Virus record (IMG/VR): IMGVR_UViG_3300014204_000116
Coordinates: 32,001-96,000 of that record
Strand: one strand, 5' to 3'
Length of the DNA: 64,000 nucleotides
From: a virus
Lineage: Duplodnaviria > Caudoviricetes
A program made the position numbers and the translations under genes. This document shows positions 38,417-48,631 of this stretch, in pieces. The notes beneath the pieces are model-generated. The model had not been told where the DNA came from. It saw nothing but the letters and a program-made list of their open reading frames with translations, and made no database searches. Position 1 is the first letter of the stretch, and each line of letters opens with the position of its first letter.

Positions 38417-39370
38417 ATGGCAATGCTTCCCTCTATCCGCGCGTCTCTTCACTACGAAGACATCAACCTGATTCCCCAGCTAAAGCCGGGTGTCGTCCTC
38501 GATGCGAAGGTGCAGAACGAGATGTCTCGCGTCATCGTGCCTCCTATGGAGTCCATCGTTGGGGAGACATTTGCGGTGAGGGCGTTGCAACTGGGGCTGT
38601 CTGTTTGCCTGCCTCGCTTCAGATCTGTGGATGAGCAGAAGCAGATCTTTTGTGCCGTCAAGAAGCAAGTTTCGGAGGACGTGTTCTCGCGCAACCTGTA
38701 TGTGGCAGTCAAGGTCAACGACATGAAGCGTGTCCAGGCACTAGGGCATCACAAGATAATTGTAGACGATTTGAATGGTTATGCCGCCGAGGCCATTCAG
38801 TTTGCGCGCACCCTGGTGGAAGAGGGCAAGTCTGTGATCACGGCCAACGTATGCACCCAGGAAGGGATATTAGCCTATCCGGTTGGAGCAGATGTCAGGG
38901 TCGGGATAGGCTTGGGGTCCACCAGCAATTCTGCCGTGTTTAACGGGGTCACCAGGGGCGCAGTTACATCCATACTCGATTGCGCTGATAGAGGCGAAGG
39001 TCGGCGCATTATTGCAGACGGAGGCATCAAAAACCCCGCCTGCGCGGCCAAGGCTTTTGGATTGGGGGCCAACTATGTGATGATGGGCTACTATTTCAAG
39101 AGAGCCTTTTCGGCCCAGAACGTCCTCGACCAGAATTATGATTACCACGGCATCGAAAGTGCTTCGCAGCATTTTAAGACAATGGGCAGCATAGAGCTGC
39201 CGACCGAGGGATACACCATCCATTACGACAAGGGCGATGTCTGCAATATACGTACCCTGGTGGAAGATCTCTGCTACGGACTTTCCAGCGCGGTCAACTA
39301 CAGTGGGTTTAACACCCTTCACGGTTTCATCGGCAACGGCGCGTTCGAGATCAATCACCCAAGAGAATGA
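38417..39370 (+). CDS. GMP reductase/IMP dehydrogenase-family protein, divergent
   Basis: LHYEDINLIP, ANVCTQEG, VGIGLGS, IIADGGIK...KAFGLGANYVMMG; Ser at the catalytic Cys position. Confidence 0.85.
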   Translation: MAMLPSIRASLHYEDINLIPQLKPGVVLDAKVQNEMSRVIVPPMESIVGETFAVRALQLGLSVCLPRFRSVDEQKQIFCAVKKQVSEDVFSRNLYVAVKVNDMKRVQALGHHKIIVDDLNGYAAEAIQFARTLVEEGKSVITANVCTQEGILAYPVGADVRVGIGLGSTSNSAVFNGVTRGAVTSILDCADRGEGRRIIADGGIKNPACAAKAFGLGANYVMMGYYFKRAFSAQNVLDQNYDYHGIESASQHFKTMGSIELPTEGYTIHYDKGDVCNIRTLVEDLCYGLSSAVNYSGFNTLHGFIGNGAFEINHPRE

Positions 39371-39497
39371 GACCACCTTCCATCCATGGCCCGCAATACC
39401 TGGCTATCACAATCCTGCTTTATTGCATCGCATTTCGAGTAGCGGTAGCCGGGGTATACATTCTGATGCGGATTATCAAGGAGTGGAGGAACAAAAT

Positions 39498-39962
39498 ATG
39501 AATGATTCAAAAGATGCAAAGACTCAAGAACCGACGCGCTACGTGCTCGGGCTGATGTGGCGGAGCGACAATATTTCCCTCGTTGTGATACGAAAGAAAA
39601 AGCCCGCATGGCAGGCAGGCCTGCTAAACGGCGTGGGCGGAAAGATTGAGCCCGGCGAAACCGAGCTGGAAGCCATGATCCGCGAGTTCAAGGAGGAGAC
39701 CGGTGTAGACACGGCGCACGTAGGATGGCGGAAGTTTTGCGAGATGCACGGCGAGGGATACATGGTATCCTGCTTTACAGCGAAAAACGCCGAGGCCTGG
39801 CATAAGGCAAGGTTCACTGAATACGAGGCTGTCGAGAAGCGCAATCGGATGTGGCTGGTCTGGGAGGAGTGCGTTCCCCATCTGCTGACGCTTATCGATC
39901 TCTCCCTGGACAAAACAATACCGGAAGGTTCCTTTGCCACCCTTCATTTCCCACGGCACTAA
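39498..39962 (+). CDS. Nudix hydrolase
   Basis: Nudix box GKIEPGETELEAMIREFKEETGV; GGAGGA RBS. Confidence 0.9.
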   Translation: MNDSKDAKTQEPTRYVLGLMWRSDNISLVVIRKKKPAWQAGLLNGVGGKIEPGETELEAMIREFKEETGVDTAHVGWRKFCEMHGEGYMVSCFTAKNAEAWHKARFTEYEAVEKRNRMWLVWEECVPHLLTLIDLSLDKTIPEGSFATLHFPRH

Positions 39963-39977
39963 AACCCACCTACACCT

Positions 39978-40226
39978 ATGTTCAAGTATATCCTCTTCGA
40001 AGACGAGCAATCCCTCCCCCACCTGCGCATCTTCGATTTCCTCTCCGAGAGCCACGCCGATGTAAAGAATTCGGCCCCTCCGGGGTGGCATGTCGTCGGG
40101 GCCGGGGAGTTTCATTGCGAATCCATGTCCCTTATCCGTGGATCTGTAACACTCAATATGGCGCACACTAAAGAGGGGTGTATCGACGACACCAAGCTGG
40201 CCAATCAACTCTATAACGCGGCATGA
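39978..40226 (+). CDS. Hypothetical protein
   Basis: 82-aa ORF in the gene run. Confidence 0.6.
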   Translation: MFKYILFEDEQSLPHLRIFDFLSESHADVKNSAPPGWHVVGAGEFHCESMSLIRGSVTLNMAHTKEGCIDDTKLANQLYNAA

Positions 40227-40411
40227 AGAATCGAATGAGACATCGAATGCACCGCTACCTCGAAAGTCTCTGCGCTGAGCACTGCCGCCTGGAGCCAAAT
40301 GCCAGACGGCTCCCGAACTGGCTGTTTAAAGTCGTTAGCTTTCTGGAGCACAGGCTCCGCCCCAAGCCCTACAAGTCTTACGCTGCGCACAAATAAACTC
40401 CCCTACAACAC

Positions 40412-41746
40412 ATGAAAAAGATCTCCTTCCCTCGCCCGATCCCGGTTCCCCTGTACTACCTGAAGCATCCTGCTCTCCGCCAAGTAGGCTGTCCAGTCTG
40501 CCACTCGCATAATGTCGCCATCGATCTGGGCAACACGGCTGTGGTGAAAGGGCCGGTAAAGCATCCGACTCTGGGGCCTATATTGGGCGAAGTATTCTCG
40601 GTGGTATGCCATTGTGCCATGGAGCATTCTTTCGTATTGCGCCTGGCCAACCACCGGAATACCTCTTTGGTGTGGACCGATGTCGCTATCGTTGCCACTT
40701 TACCGGATTCCATGGATGCTATTAAGAATGTCACGATAGATCCTCCCGTTGCCGCTCAGCAGGCATTCGATTTGTCCGCAGGAGGCAATGTGGTCACGGA
40801 TCACATGGACAAGCTGGAAAAGACTGGCATCCTTGGCGACGAAGACAAGGCTCTCTACGACGCGATGCAAAAGCATCAGCCTCCCGCAAAACCTATCGAC
40901 GAGATCCCAGGCAACAGTCTTGACGACGACCTCTACCACGAGGCCAAAGAGCCAGACGAGATGGATCATGAGCCGGAAGAGGGCAAGTGCGCAGAGTGCG
41001 AAGACACGGAGTGTAATAACAACCCGAATAATCCGACCAATCTGACCAATACTTTTCCAGGTGAATCTCCCAACACCGACTATTGCCATGCTGGTCTGTC
41101 TGTCACAGATTCTCTCTACGATATCAAGGAGTTTGGTGGCGTGCAGGATACTTGCATCTGCTGCCCCAACGTCGTATGCCCGGTAAACATGAAGGTCCAG
41201 AAGATGCTTCGCACTCGCAAATACAATCTGGACAGTTGTAACGGCGAGATTGTAACGAAGCCAATTGAGCCGCACGATAGATTTTTCGAGGAACTCCAGG
41301 AGATCCACGAAGAGAGGCTAGACCATTATGAGAAGGCCCTCAAGAGCCAAAGTCTCAATATCCTGCCCAATGTCGCAAAGAGGCTTTTGGCTAACCTGGC
41401 CGAAGTGAATAAGCTGAGCATACCCTCCTTCATAAAGGTCTACAAATTGAGGGAACAACTGGTGAGGGAAGAAGTTGGCTTGCGAACGGTGTTATGCAAG
41501 ATCCTGAGCATGCAGCCCGAAGATCCCATGGATGCACCGGCCTCGGAGGCCAGCCCGCAGCCGAATAAAAAGCTTGCTAATACGAAAAATGTAGACAATA
41601 ATGCTCCCAAGAAAGCACTCGTGCCTGGGTGCCCGGAGAAACTCACGGTGAGCCAGGCCAAGAGCGATCAGTGCCAGAAGTCTTTCTGCAAGGGCTGCGA
41701 GAAGACCAGTTGTCCGGCACATCCCGATCATAAGCCAAAAGTATGA
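40412..41746 (+). CDS. Cys-rich multi-Zn-finger hypothetical protein
   Basis: Several CxxC clusters; ATGA-coupled to the Imm5-like array. Confidence 0.7.
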   Translation: MKKISFPRPIPVPLYYLKHPALRQVGCPVCHSHNVAIDLGNTAVVKGPVKHPTLGPILGEVFSVVCHCAMEHSFVLRLANHRNTSLVWTDVAIVATLPDSMDAIKNVTIDPPVAAQQAFDLSAGGNVVTDHMDKLEKTGILGDEDKALYDAMQKHQPPAKPIDEIPGNSLDDDLYHEAKEPDEMDHEPEEGKCAECEDTECNNNPNNPTNLTNTFPGESPNTDYCHAGLSVTDSLYDIKEFGGVQDTCICCPNVVCPVNMKVQKMLRTRKYNLDSCNGEIVTKPIEPHDRFFEELQEIHEERLDHYEKALKSQSLNILPNVAKRLLANLAEVNKLSIPSFIKVYKLREQLVREEVGLRTVLCKILSMQPEDPMDAPASEASPQPNKKLANTKNVDNNAPKKALVPGCPEKLTVSQAKSDQCQKSFCKGCEKTSCPAHPDHKPKV

Positions 41747-42312
41747 ATAAGACCACGAACAAGCCAAAAACTAAATGGGCACGCGCCAAGCGTCGGGAGG
41801 GGATAAAAGCCTGGAACGAAGTTCCTGCTCCATCCGTCCTTATCGACGTCCTTAGCCAAATCAGCGCTCCCAGGGCAGTCTTTGTGGAGGTCAGCATAGT
41901 TATTGCCGAGGCGGTTCTCCCCAAATTCGAGGCAAAGCTGCCCAAGGACACCCGACCTCGGCGGGCGATAGATACGGCCAAAGCCTGGCTCAAGGACGGG
42001 ACCGTATTGAATGGCGATGATCTTGTTGGGGCTGTCTGGGCTTCTCATTCTGGTCGAGTACTGGCTCGGGATGTTTCTTACGCTGCCTGGACCGCTTACT
42101 ATGCTGCTTGCACCGCCCACGCTGCTGCCGATACCAAGTCTAATGACGCCTATGCCTATGATGCTACGGTCCACTATGCTTCCACTACGGTTTCTCATGC
42201 CATCGACGCAGGCCTTGATTGCCAGCGCGCGATGGGCATCATTAAGAAGATAGGACACAAGCACTTTAAATTCCTGCGCGAGGCTAGCACAAATGAACAA
42301 GCCAAAGGCTAA
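41743..42312 (+). CDS. Imm5-like domain protein, copy 1 (no DPAEF leader)
   Basis: AEAVLPKFE...DTRPRRAIDTAKAWL. Confidence 0.75.
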   Translation: MNKTTNKPKTKWARAKRREGIKAWNEVPAPSVLIDVLSQISAPRAVFVEVSIVIAEAVLPKFEAKLPKDTRPRRAIDTAKAWLKDGTVLNGDDLVGAVWASHSGRVLARDVSYAAWTAYYAACTAHAAADTKSNDAYAYDATVHYASTTVSHAIDAGLDCQRAMGIIKKIGHKHFKFLREASTNEQAKG

Positions 42313-42808
42313 AACCACGGGCCTGACTAAACTCGCTCGGGATCGCATCAAATACCAGGCGGAGATCAAGGCCTGGAACAAAGCTGATACCCTGAGGGAG
42401 GCCATCCACGTCCTTGCGGATATCAAAGCTCCCCAAGCGGCCTTTGTAGAGATCGGCATAGCAGCCGCTGTCGCAGTTCTTCCCGTGTTCGAAAAGAGTC
42501 GCCCCGATGATCCTCGATCTCGCAAGGCAATAGAGGCGCTCAAAGCTTTGCTTAGGCGCGGGACAAAGATCGACGATGCCATTGTTCATGATACTAGTGC
42601 TGCTGCCTGGATTGCTGACCGGAACGCTTCTTATGCGGCCTGGTCTGCTTACTACGCCCTCCAAAGCGCTCAGAGCAAGGATACTTCGGCGTATTATGCT
42701 TACTATGCAGTTTCCCATGCCGTTGGAGCGGGTCTTCGCCACCAGCGAGCAATAAGGATCATCAAGCGAATCGGGCACAAATACTTCGCATTCCTGAGCA
42801 AGCGCTAA
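42293..42808 (+). CDS. Imm5-like domain protein, copy 2 (no DPAEF leader)
   Basis: VLPVFEKSRPDDPRSRKAIEA. Confidence 0.75.
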   Translation: MNKPKAKTTGLTKLARDRIKYQAEIKAWNKADTLREAIHVLADIKAPQAAFVEIGIAAAVAVLPVFEKSRPDDPRSRKAIEALKALLRRGTKIDDAIVHDTSAAAWIADRNASYAAWSAYYALQSAQSKDTSAYYAYYAVSHAVGAGLRHQRAIRIIKRIGHKYFAFLSKR

Positions 42809-42812
42809 GCGA

Positions 42813-43454
42813 ATGAGTGCAAAACTCCAAGCTCTAGACCCTGCCGAATTTGTCCAGTCCTATACCGCAGACAAGTACAAGATGGAGATTGGCGCTTGGG
42901 ACAATGCTACCACTCCGGGGGATCTTCTCTACGCCCTTAAATCTCTCAAAGCTCCCTGCGCAGCCTACGTAGAAATGGGAATAATCATTTCCGAAGAAGC
43001 TCTTTCACAATTTGAGGGTGTGTATCCCAATGATCCTCGGCCTCGACAGGCAGTAGACGCTGCTAAAGCCTGGCTTAAGAATAGAACAGCGGCCAATGAG
43101 GGTGCTCTTAATAAGGCTACCGATAATGCCTACGCTGCTTATAACGCTAAGCTCCAGGCTGCCAGTATCACTTCTGAAACTAGCCGTGCTTGCAAGGGCA
43201 AGGAGGTTCAATTTCGTGCGGCTCAGGCTGCTGCACAGGCCGCTTCTGCTGCACAGGCCGCTTGTAGTGCTTCTTGCCACATATGTGATGCTGATGCCGA
43301 GATTGACTGTGCTTCTTGTGCAGCTTCGGCGACTGCTGGGGTAGCTAACGATGTTGCCCACTATGCCGTCAGGGCAGGTCGCCCCGTTAAAGATGTGATG
43401 GACATCATCAAGGAAGTAGGGCATAGATACTACACGTTTTTGAAGCAGAGCTAA
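42813..43454 (+). CDS. Imm5-like domain protein, copy 3
   Basis: LDPAEFV...PNDPRPRQAVDAAKAWL...GHRYYTFL. Confidence 0.8.
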   Translation: MSAKLQALDPAEFVQSYTADKYKMEIGAWDNATTPGDLLYALKSLKAPCAAYVEMGIIISEEALSQFEGVYPNDPRPRQAVDAAKAWLKNRTAANEGALNKATDNAYAAYNAKLQAASITSETSRACKGKEVQFRAAQAAAQAASAAQAACSASCHICDADAEIDCASCAASATAGVANDVAHYAVRAGRPVKDVMDIIKEVGHRYYTFLKQS

Positions 43455-44006
43455 ATGAACACAACAACCGAGATCACAGTCCCAGCCGAATTTGTTCGAG
43501 CTTTCACGGCGGACAAATACAGGAAAGAGATTGTGACTTGGCATACATCTTCTGCCCCGAGTGATCTTGTCATGGTTCTTAGAAACCTCAAAGCTCCCAG
43601 GGCAGCCTTCGTAGAGATTGGCGTAGCCCTGGCCGAGGGAGTTCTTCCAAAATACGAGAGCAGATATCCAGCAGATCTCCGCCCTCGGAAGACAATAGAC
43701 GCTGCAAAAGCTTGGCTTAGAGATGGATCAACAGCCAATGCTCAGGTTGCTGACAGGGAGACCCAGACTTTCTATATCATCACAAAAGTGGCCGACGCTA
43801 TTAGCTCAAATAATGCTACCATTAGCGCAAATAATGCTGCTTATGCGGCTGCTTGCGCTGCCTGGGTTGTCACTGCTGCCCTCTCTAATGTTTCCGTCGT
43901 TATGGCTGTCACTTACGCCATGAATGCAGGTCTCTCTCACCAATGCGTAATTGATATCATCAAAGAAGTGGGTCAGCGATACTTCGCATTCCTAAAGCAA
44001 GCCTGA
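43455..44006 (+). CDS. Imm5-like domain protein, copy 4
   Basis: Same conserved frame. Confidence 0.8.
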   Translation: MNTTTEITVPAEFVRAFTADKYRKEIVTWHTSSAPSDLVMVLRNLKAPRAAFVEIGVALAEGVLPKYESRYPADLRPRKTIDAAKAWLRDGSTANAQVADRETQTFYIITKVADAISSNNATISANNAAYAAACAAWVVTAALSNVSVVMAVTYAMNAGLSHQCVIDIIKEVGQRYFAFLKQA

Positions 44007-44555
44007 ATGAATGCAATAGCCGAATCTCTAGATCCAGCCGAGTTTGTCCGATCCTACACCACGGACAAATATGGGGAGGAGATTGCAGCCTGGAGCGGGG
44101 CTACTCTTCCCGAGGATCTCATCGACGTCCTTAAGGATCTTAAGGTTCCCCAGATAGCTTATGCAGAGATCAGTGCAGCGCTGTCAGAAGCAGTTCTCCC
44201 CATATTTGAAAAGGAGCATCCCGATGATCCCGAACCTCGGCAAGCCATAGGGATTATCAAATCCTGGCTTAAGGATCAAACAGAAGCCAATGTTCGAGCT
44301 GCTAAGCAACTTTGGGTTTTTCACGCTGCCAATACCTCTTCCGATGCTGCTGTCGATGATCCTGCTGGGGCTGCTGCTTATGCGGCCCATACTGTTCTTT
44401 GTCATGCTATTCTTTCCATCGCTTCTCCTTTTCCTGCTCTATCTGCCCAACGGGCTGCTTTTACAGCCAGCCGGGCGGGCCTCCCTAACCGGCGCGCGAT
44501 GAGCCTGGTAAAAGAAGTGGGCCACAAGTATTTTGCATTTTTGAGCAAGGGCTGA
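44007..44555 (+). CDS. Imm5-like domain protein, copy 5
   Basis: Same conserved frame. Confidence 0.8.
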   Translation: MNAIAESLDPAEFVRSYTTDKYGEEIAAWSGATLPEDLIDVLKDLKVPQIAYAEISAALSEAVLPIFEKEHPDDPEPRQAIGIIKSWLKDQTEANVRAAKQLWVFHAANTSSDAAVDDPAGAAAYAAHTVLCHAILSIASPFPALSAQRAAFTASRAGLPNRRAMSLVKEVGHKYFAFLSKG

Positions 44556-45071
44556 ATGAGCACGACACTCCAAATTGTAGACCCCGCCGAGTTCGTGAAA
44601 GACTTCACGACGGCCAAGTATGCGCGGGAAATCAAGACCTGGAATGATCCCTCTTCTACCCCTAAGAATCTTGCCCATATCCTTCTCGATCTTAAAGCCC
44701 CCACGGCAGCCCTCGCAGAAATTGGTCTAACGTTGGCAGAAGAAGTTCTTCCGGTGTTTGAGAAGAAGTGCCCTAGCGACCCCCGGCCCAGGAAAGCTGT
44801 AAAGGCGGGAAAAGCCTGGCTTAAAGACAGAACGGAAGCTAATTACAATGCTGCTCAAATCAGCTCTTGGGCTGCTGCCGATGCTGCTCGGGCTGCCAGT
44901 GATGCTAATTCAGAAGATGCTTCCAATGCCGCCTGGACTGCCACTCACGCCCTTCACAACATCGAAGTTGCAGTTTTTTACGCGCGCTACGCCGGGCTTC
45001 CCAATCAACGTGCATTCGGCATCATCAAGAAGGTGGGCCACGATTACTTCGCATTCCTGAGTGAGAACTGA
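44556..45071 (+). CDS. Imm5-like domain protein, copy 6
   Basis: Same conserved frame. Confidence 0.8.
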   Translation: MSTTLQIVDPAEFVKDFTTAKYAREIKTWNDPSSTPKNLAHILLDLKAPTAALAEIGLTLAEEVLPVFEKKCPSDPRPRKAVKAGKAWLKDRTEANYNAAQISSWAAADAARAASDANSEDASNAAWTATHALHNIEVAVFYARYAGLPNQRAFGIIKKVGHDYFAFLSEN

Positions 45072-45749
45072 ATGAGTGCAACAACCCGAACTGTAGACCC
45101 TGCTGAATTCGTGAAGTCCTTCATGGAGGACAAGTATAGCAGGGAGATCAAGAACTGGAACGAAGTTTACGCGCCAGAGAGTCTCATCTTTATTCTCAAA
45201 GATCTCAAAGCTCCCCATGTAATCTACGCAGAAATTAGCGTAGCCTTGGCGGAAGAAGTCCTTCCGAGATATGAAGAGAAATACCCCAAAGATCTCCGTC
45301 CCCGACAGGCGATAAAATTCGCCAGAGATTGGCTCAACGATAGGACAATGAACAACGCTGCTTGTGCTGCTTGTGCTGCTGCCGCTGCTGCCGCGCGCGA
45401 GGCTGTTGATGCTGCCAATAGCGATATGTGGGCTGTTAATTCTGATGATTCGAATGATTCTGATGATTTTACGGTCGTTACCCCACAGGCCGTTAATGCT
45501 GCTCGGGCCGCGTATGATGCGGTTTCTTCTGCTGCCTGGGCGGGTGCCCACGTTACTCGGGCAGCTTCCAACATCAATTATGCTTCTCACTACGCGGGCC
45601 ATGCCGCCGATAATGCCGCCAGAGCAGGTCTTTCTGATCAGCGCATAATGGACATCATTAGAGTAATAGGGCATAGGTATTATACGTTTTTGAAGCAAAA
45701 CTATCGACATTACACTTTTGAAGTAAAGACGAATGAGCACAATGACTGA
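45072..45749 (+). CDS. Imm5-like domain protein, copy 7
   Basis: Same conserved frame; longer core and extended C-terminus. Confidence 0.8.
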   Translation: MSATTRTVDPAEFVKSFMEDKYSREIKNWNEVYAPESLIFILKDLKAPHVIYAEISVALAEEVLPRYEEKYPKDLRPRQAIKFARDWLNDRTMNNAACAACAAAAAAAREAVDAANSDMWAVNSDDSNDSDDFTVVTPQAVNAARAAYDAVSSAAWAGAHVTRAASNINYASHYAGHAADNAARAGLSDQRIMDIIRVIGHRYYTFLKQNYRHYTFEVKTNEHND

Positions 45750-46305
45750 GGCTTTAGACCCGGCTACGTTTGTCCAGTCTTACCTGGTGGACAAATATAA
45801 GGCTGAGATTGTAGCCTGGAACGAGGCTCCCTCTCCAAACGCTTTTATCGATATTCTTCGGGATCTCAATGCTTCCAAAGCTGCTTTTGTAGAGATCTGC
45901 GTGGCGTTGGCTGAGGAAGTTCTTCCGGTGTTCGAAAAGGAATTTCCCAAAGATCTCCGCCCTCGGAAAGCAATAGAAGCAGCCAAAGCCTGGCTTAAAG
46001 ATCGAACAGCCGCTAATACCCGAGCTGCTGCTGTTGCTTCTGATGCCGCTTCCAATGCTGCTGTTAATTCTACCGCTATTAAACTTGTTTCTGTTCTTGA
46101 AACTTGGTCTGCTTCTGTCGTTGTCGGTGCTGCTGCTTGGGCTGCCAGCAGAGCTGCTAGTGCTGCTGCTGATACTTCTTATGCTTCTGACTTCACATTT
46201 TGCACCGCTGACGATGCCACTAGAGCAGGTCTTCCTGGGCATCGTATAATGGACATCTTCAGGGAAGTGGGCTACAAGTATTATGCGTTTTTGAAGCCAA
46301 GATGA
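45733..46305 (+). CDS. Imm5-like domain protein, copy 8
   Basis: Same conserved frame. Confidence 0.8.
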   Translation: MSTMTEALDPATFVQSYLVDKYKAEIVAWNEAPSPNAFIDILRDLNASKAAFVEICVALAEEVLPVFEKEFPKDLRPRKAIEAAKAWLKDRTAANTRAAAVASDAASNAAVNSTAIKLVSVLETWSASVVVGAAAWAASRAASAAADTSYASDFTFCTADDATRAGLPGHRIMDIFREVGYKYYAFLKPR

Positions 46306-46851
46306 ATGAGCACAACAACCATAGATCCCTCCGAGTTCGTTAAGTCTTACACTGCGGAAAGGTATAAGGCTGAGATTAAGGCCTGGAACAAAGCCATTAC
46401 TCCAAGTGCTCTCATCAACTTCCTTAGAGCCTTCAAAGCCCCTAAGGCAGTCTTTGTAGAGATCGGCATAGCGCTTGCAGAAGAAGTTCTGCAAGAATTT
46501 GAGAAGAGATGCCCCAAAGATCGCTGTCCTCATCGAGCAATAAAAGCTGCCAAAGCTTGGCTTAACAATAGAACGGAAGCTAATGCCCAAGCGGCCCGCG
46601 TTAGGGCTACGGAGGTTTACGAAATTTCTTGGGCTTGTGCTACTTCTAATGACGCTGTTAGCAGTACTTATGCCGCTCGTACTGCGGCTTGGGCTGCCCA
46701 CGCTGCTGAAGCGGAGACTCCTGTTGATGCCGCGTACAATACTGACAACGCGCTCGCTTATGCCCTGGCGGCAGATCTTCCTCCCGTACGCGCGCTTGAC
46801 ATCATCAAGGAAGTAGGATATAGATATTATACATTTTTGAAACAGAATTGA
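46306..46851 (+). CDS. Imm5-like domain protein, copy 9
   Basis: Same conserved frame. Confidence 0.8.
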   Translation: MSTTTIDPSEFVKSYTAERYKAEIKAWNKAITPSALINFLRAFKAPKAVFVEIGIALAEEVLQEFEKRCPKDRCPHRAIKAAKAWLNNRTEANAQAARVRATEVYEISWACATSNDAVSSTYAARTAAWAAHAAEAETPVDAAYNTDNALAYALAADLPPVRALDIIKEVGYRYYTFLKQN

Positions 46852-46865
46852 TCGAATATGGCCGG

Positions 46866-47405
46866 ATGAGCACGACAACCGAAATTGTAGACCCCGCTGA
46901 ATTTGTCCAGTCCTTTACTGCGGCCAAATATCAGAGAGTGGTAGACGCCTGGAGCAATACTCTTTCTCCAGGATGTTTTATCAACGCTTTGGCATCCGCC
47001 AAAGCCCCCAAGGCAGTCTATGTAGAGATCTGCCTGGCGTTCGCAGACGAAATTCTGTCGGTGTTTGAAGAGAAGCACCCTGAAGACTTCCGCCCTCGAA
47101 GGGCAGTAGAAGCAGCCAGGGCCTGGCTTGAGAATAGAACCACTGCTAACGAAGAAGCTGCGCGCAAAGCTGCTGGGGAGGCTTCTCTCGTGGCTTTTAT
47201 CTATTGCGACGACAACACCACTCGTGCTGCTACCTGGGCTACCTGGGCTACCGCTAATACCGCTGGGGCCACGTTTTCTTACGCTGCCTATAATGCTGTC
47301 CAAGCCGTTATCTACGCTATTGGAGCCGGTATTCCTCAACAGCATCTCATGGATATCATTCGGGATGTGGTCCATAGATACTACGCATTTTTGAGCCTGT
47401 GTTAA
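46866..47405 (+). CDS. Imm5-like domain protein, copy 10
   Basis: The MSTTTEIVDPAEF start matches the paralogues. Confidence 0.8.
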   Translation: MSTTTEIVDPAEFVQSFTAAKYQRVVDAWSNTLSPGCFINALASAKAPKAVYVEICLAFADEILSVFEEKHPEDFRPRRAVEAARAWLENRTTANEEAARKAAGEASLVAFIYCDDNTTRAATWATWATANTAGATFSYAAYNAVQAVIYAIGAGIPQQHLMDIIRDVVHRYYAFLSLC

Positions 47406-47996
47406 ATGAGTGCGACCGCTGAAACTTTAGATCCTGCTACATTCGTTCAGTCTTATATTGTGACCAAGTATAAGAAGGAGATCGAAGCCTGGGGCAAATC
47501 TGCCATTCCAGAAGAACTCATTAGCATTCTTAAAGACCTCAGGGCTCCCAAGGCAGCTTTTGCAGAGATCAGCATAATTCTTGCAGAAGGCATTCTTCCT
47601 GCAATTGAATTAAGGCATCCTGGAGATCTCCGCCCACGTAGGGCGTTAGAAGCTGCAAAAGTCTACTTTAATAAAGATACCGAAGATAATGCTAAAGCCG
47701 TTACCGAAGCTATCGACCACGCATTTAAAGCCGAAGCCGAAGCTACCGGCCATGCTGAATCTGCTGCTGCTGCCTACGCTATTTGTTATGCTGCTCGTGC
47801 CTCTTGTGCCCGCAATATTGAGGAAGCGTCTAATAATGCTGCTTGGACTGCTTATTATGCCACGGCAACATTCCGCATAAAAGCATCCTATGACGCTGTT
47901 GAGGCGACTTCTGCGGTCCTTAACCAGCAGCATATACTGGATGTCATAAGGAAAGTGGGCCGCAAACATTTTGCATTCTTAAACAAGGCCAAATGA
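47406..47996 (+). CDS. Imm5-like domain protein, copy 11
   Basis: Same conserved frame. Confidence 0.8.
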   Translation: MSATAETLDPATFVQSYIVTKYKKEIEAWGKSAIPEELISILKDLRAPKAAFAEISIILAEGILPAIELRHPGDLRPRRALEAAKVYFNKDTEDNAKAVTEAIDHAFKAEAEATGHAESAAAAYAICYAARASCARNIEEASNNAAWTAYYATATFRIKASYDAVEATSAVLNQQHILDVIRKVGRKHFAFLNKAK

Positions 47997-48631
47997 GCAC
48001 GCTAACCGAAACTTTAAATCCTGCCGAGTTCGTTCAGTCCTATACCCTGCAAAAATATCGGAGGGAGATCGAGGCCTGGGGAAAAGCCGCTACTCCAGGT
48101 GATCTCATCAATGTTCTCAGAATCATCGGCGCTCCGAAAGCCACCTATGTGGAGATCAGCATAGCTCTTGCCGAAGAAGTTCTCCCTGTGTTTGAAAAGG
48201 AATGTCCTCAAGATCCCCGTCCTCGGCAAGCCGTAGAAGCGGCCAAAGCTTGGCTTGTGGGCGGGACACAGGCTAATGTTGAGGCTTCTGCAAAAAGTGC
48301 TGAGGGGGCTTTTAATGCTGTTTGGAATATTAACGCGCTTATGGCAGGGGAGGCCAGGTATGCCGGTCGTGTTGCCTACTGCGCTGCTTATGCTGCTGCT
48401 TATCCTGTGAGTAATGCTGATCAAGCTGCTGTCACTTTCGCTATTGCCTACGCTGTTACCACTTCCGTAGGATATGCCTCTTACACCGCTGCCTGCGCTG
48501 ATCAATCTGCCCAGGCGGCTTATAGTGCTGCTTATTATGCCGTTGAAGCAGGCTTTTCTAATCGTCTTGCGGTGGATATCGTTAGAAGGGTGGGCTGTAG
48601 GTATTTTGCATTCTTGAGGAAAACCAAATGA
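47993..48631 (+). CDS. Imm5-like domain protein, copy 12
   Basis: Same conserved frame. Confidence 0.8.
   Translation: MSTLTETLNPAEFVQSYTLQKYRREIEAWGKAATPGDLINVLRIIGAPKATYVEISIALAEEVLPVFEKECPQDPRPRQAVEAAKAWLVGGTQANVEASAKSAEGAFNAVWNINALMAGEARYAGRVAYCAAYAAAYPVSNADQAAVTFAIAYAVTTSVGYASYTAACADQSAQAAYSAAYYAVEAGFSNRLAVDIVRRVGCRYFAFLRKTK

Noticed and set aside
42813-47996. Stop-codon reassignment (TGA or TAG recoding) turning the array into one protein
   Set aside because: Junctions use both TAA and TGA, several junctions change frame, Trp is encoded by TGG, and long genes elsewhere are intact under the standard code
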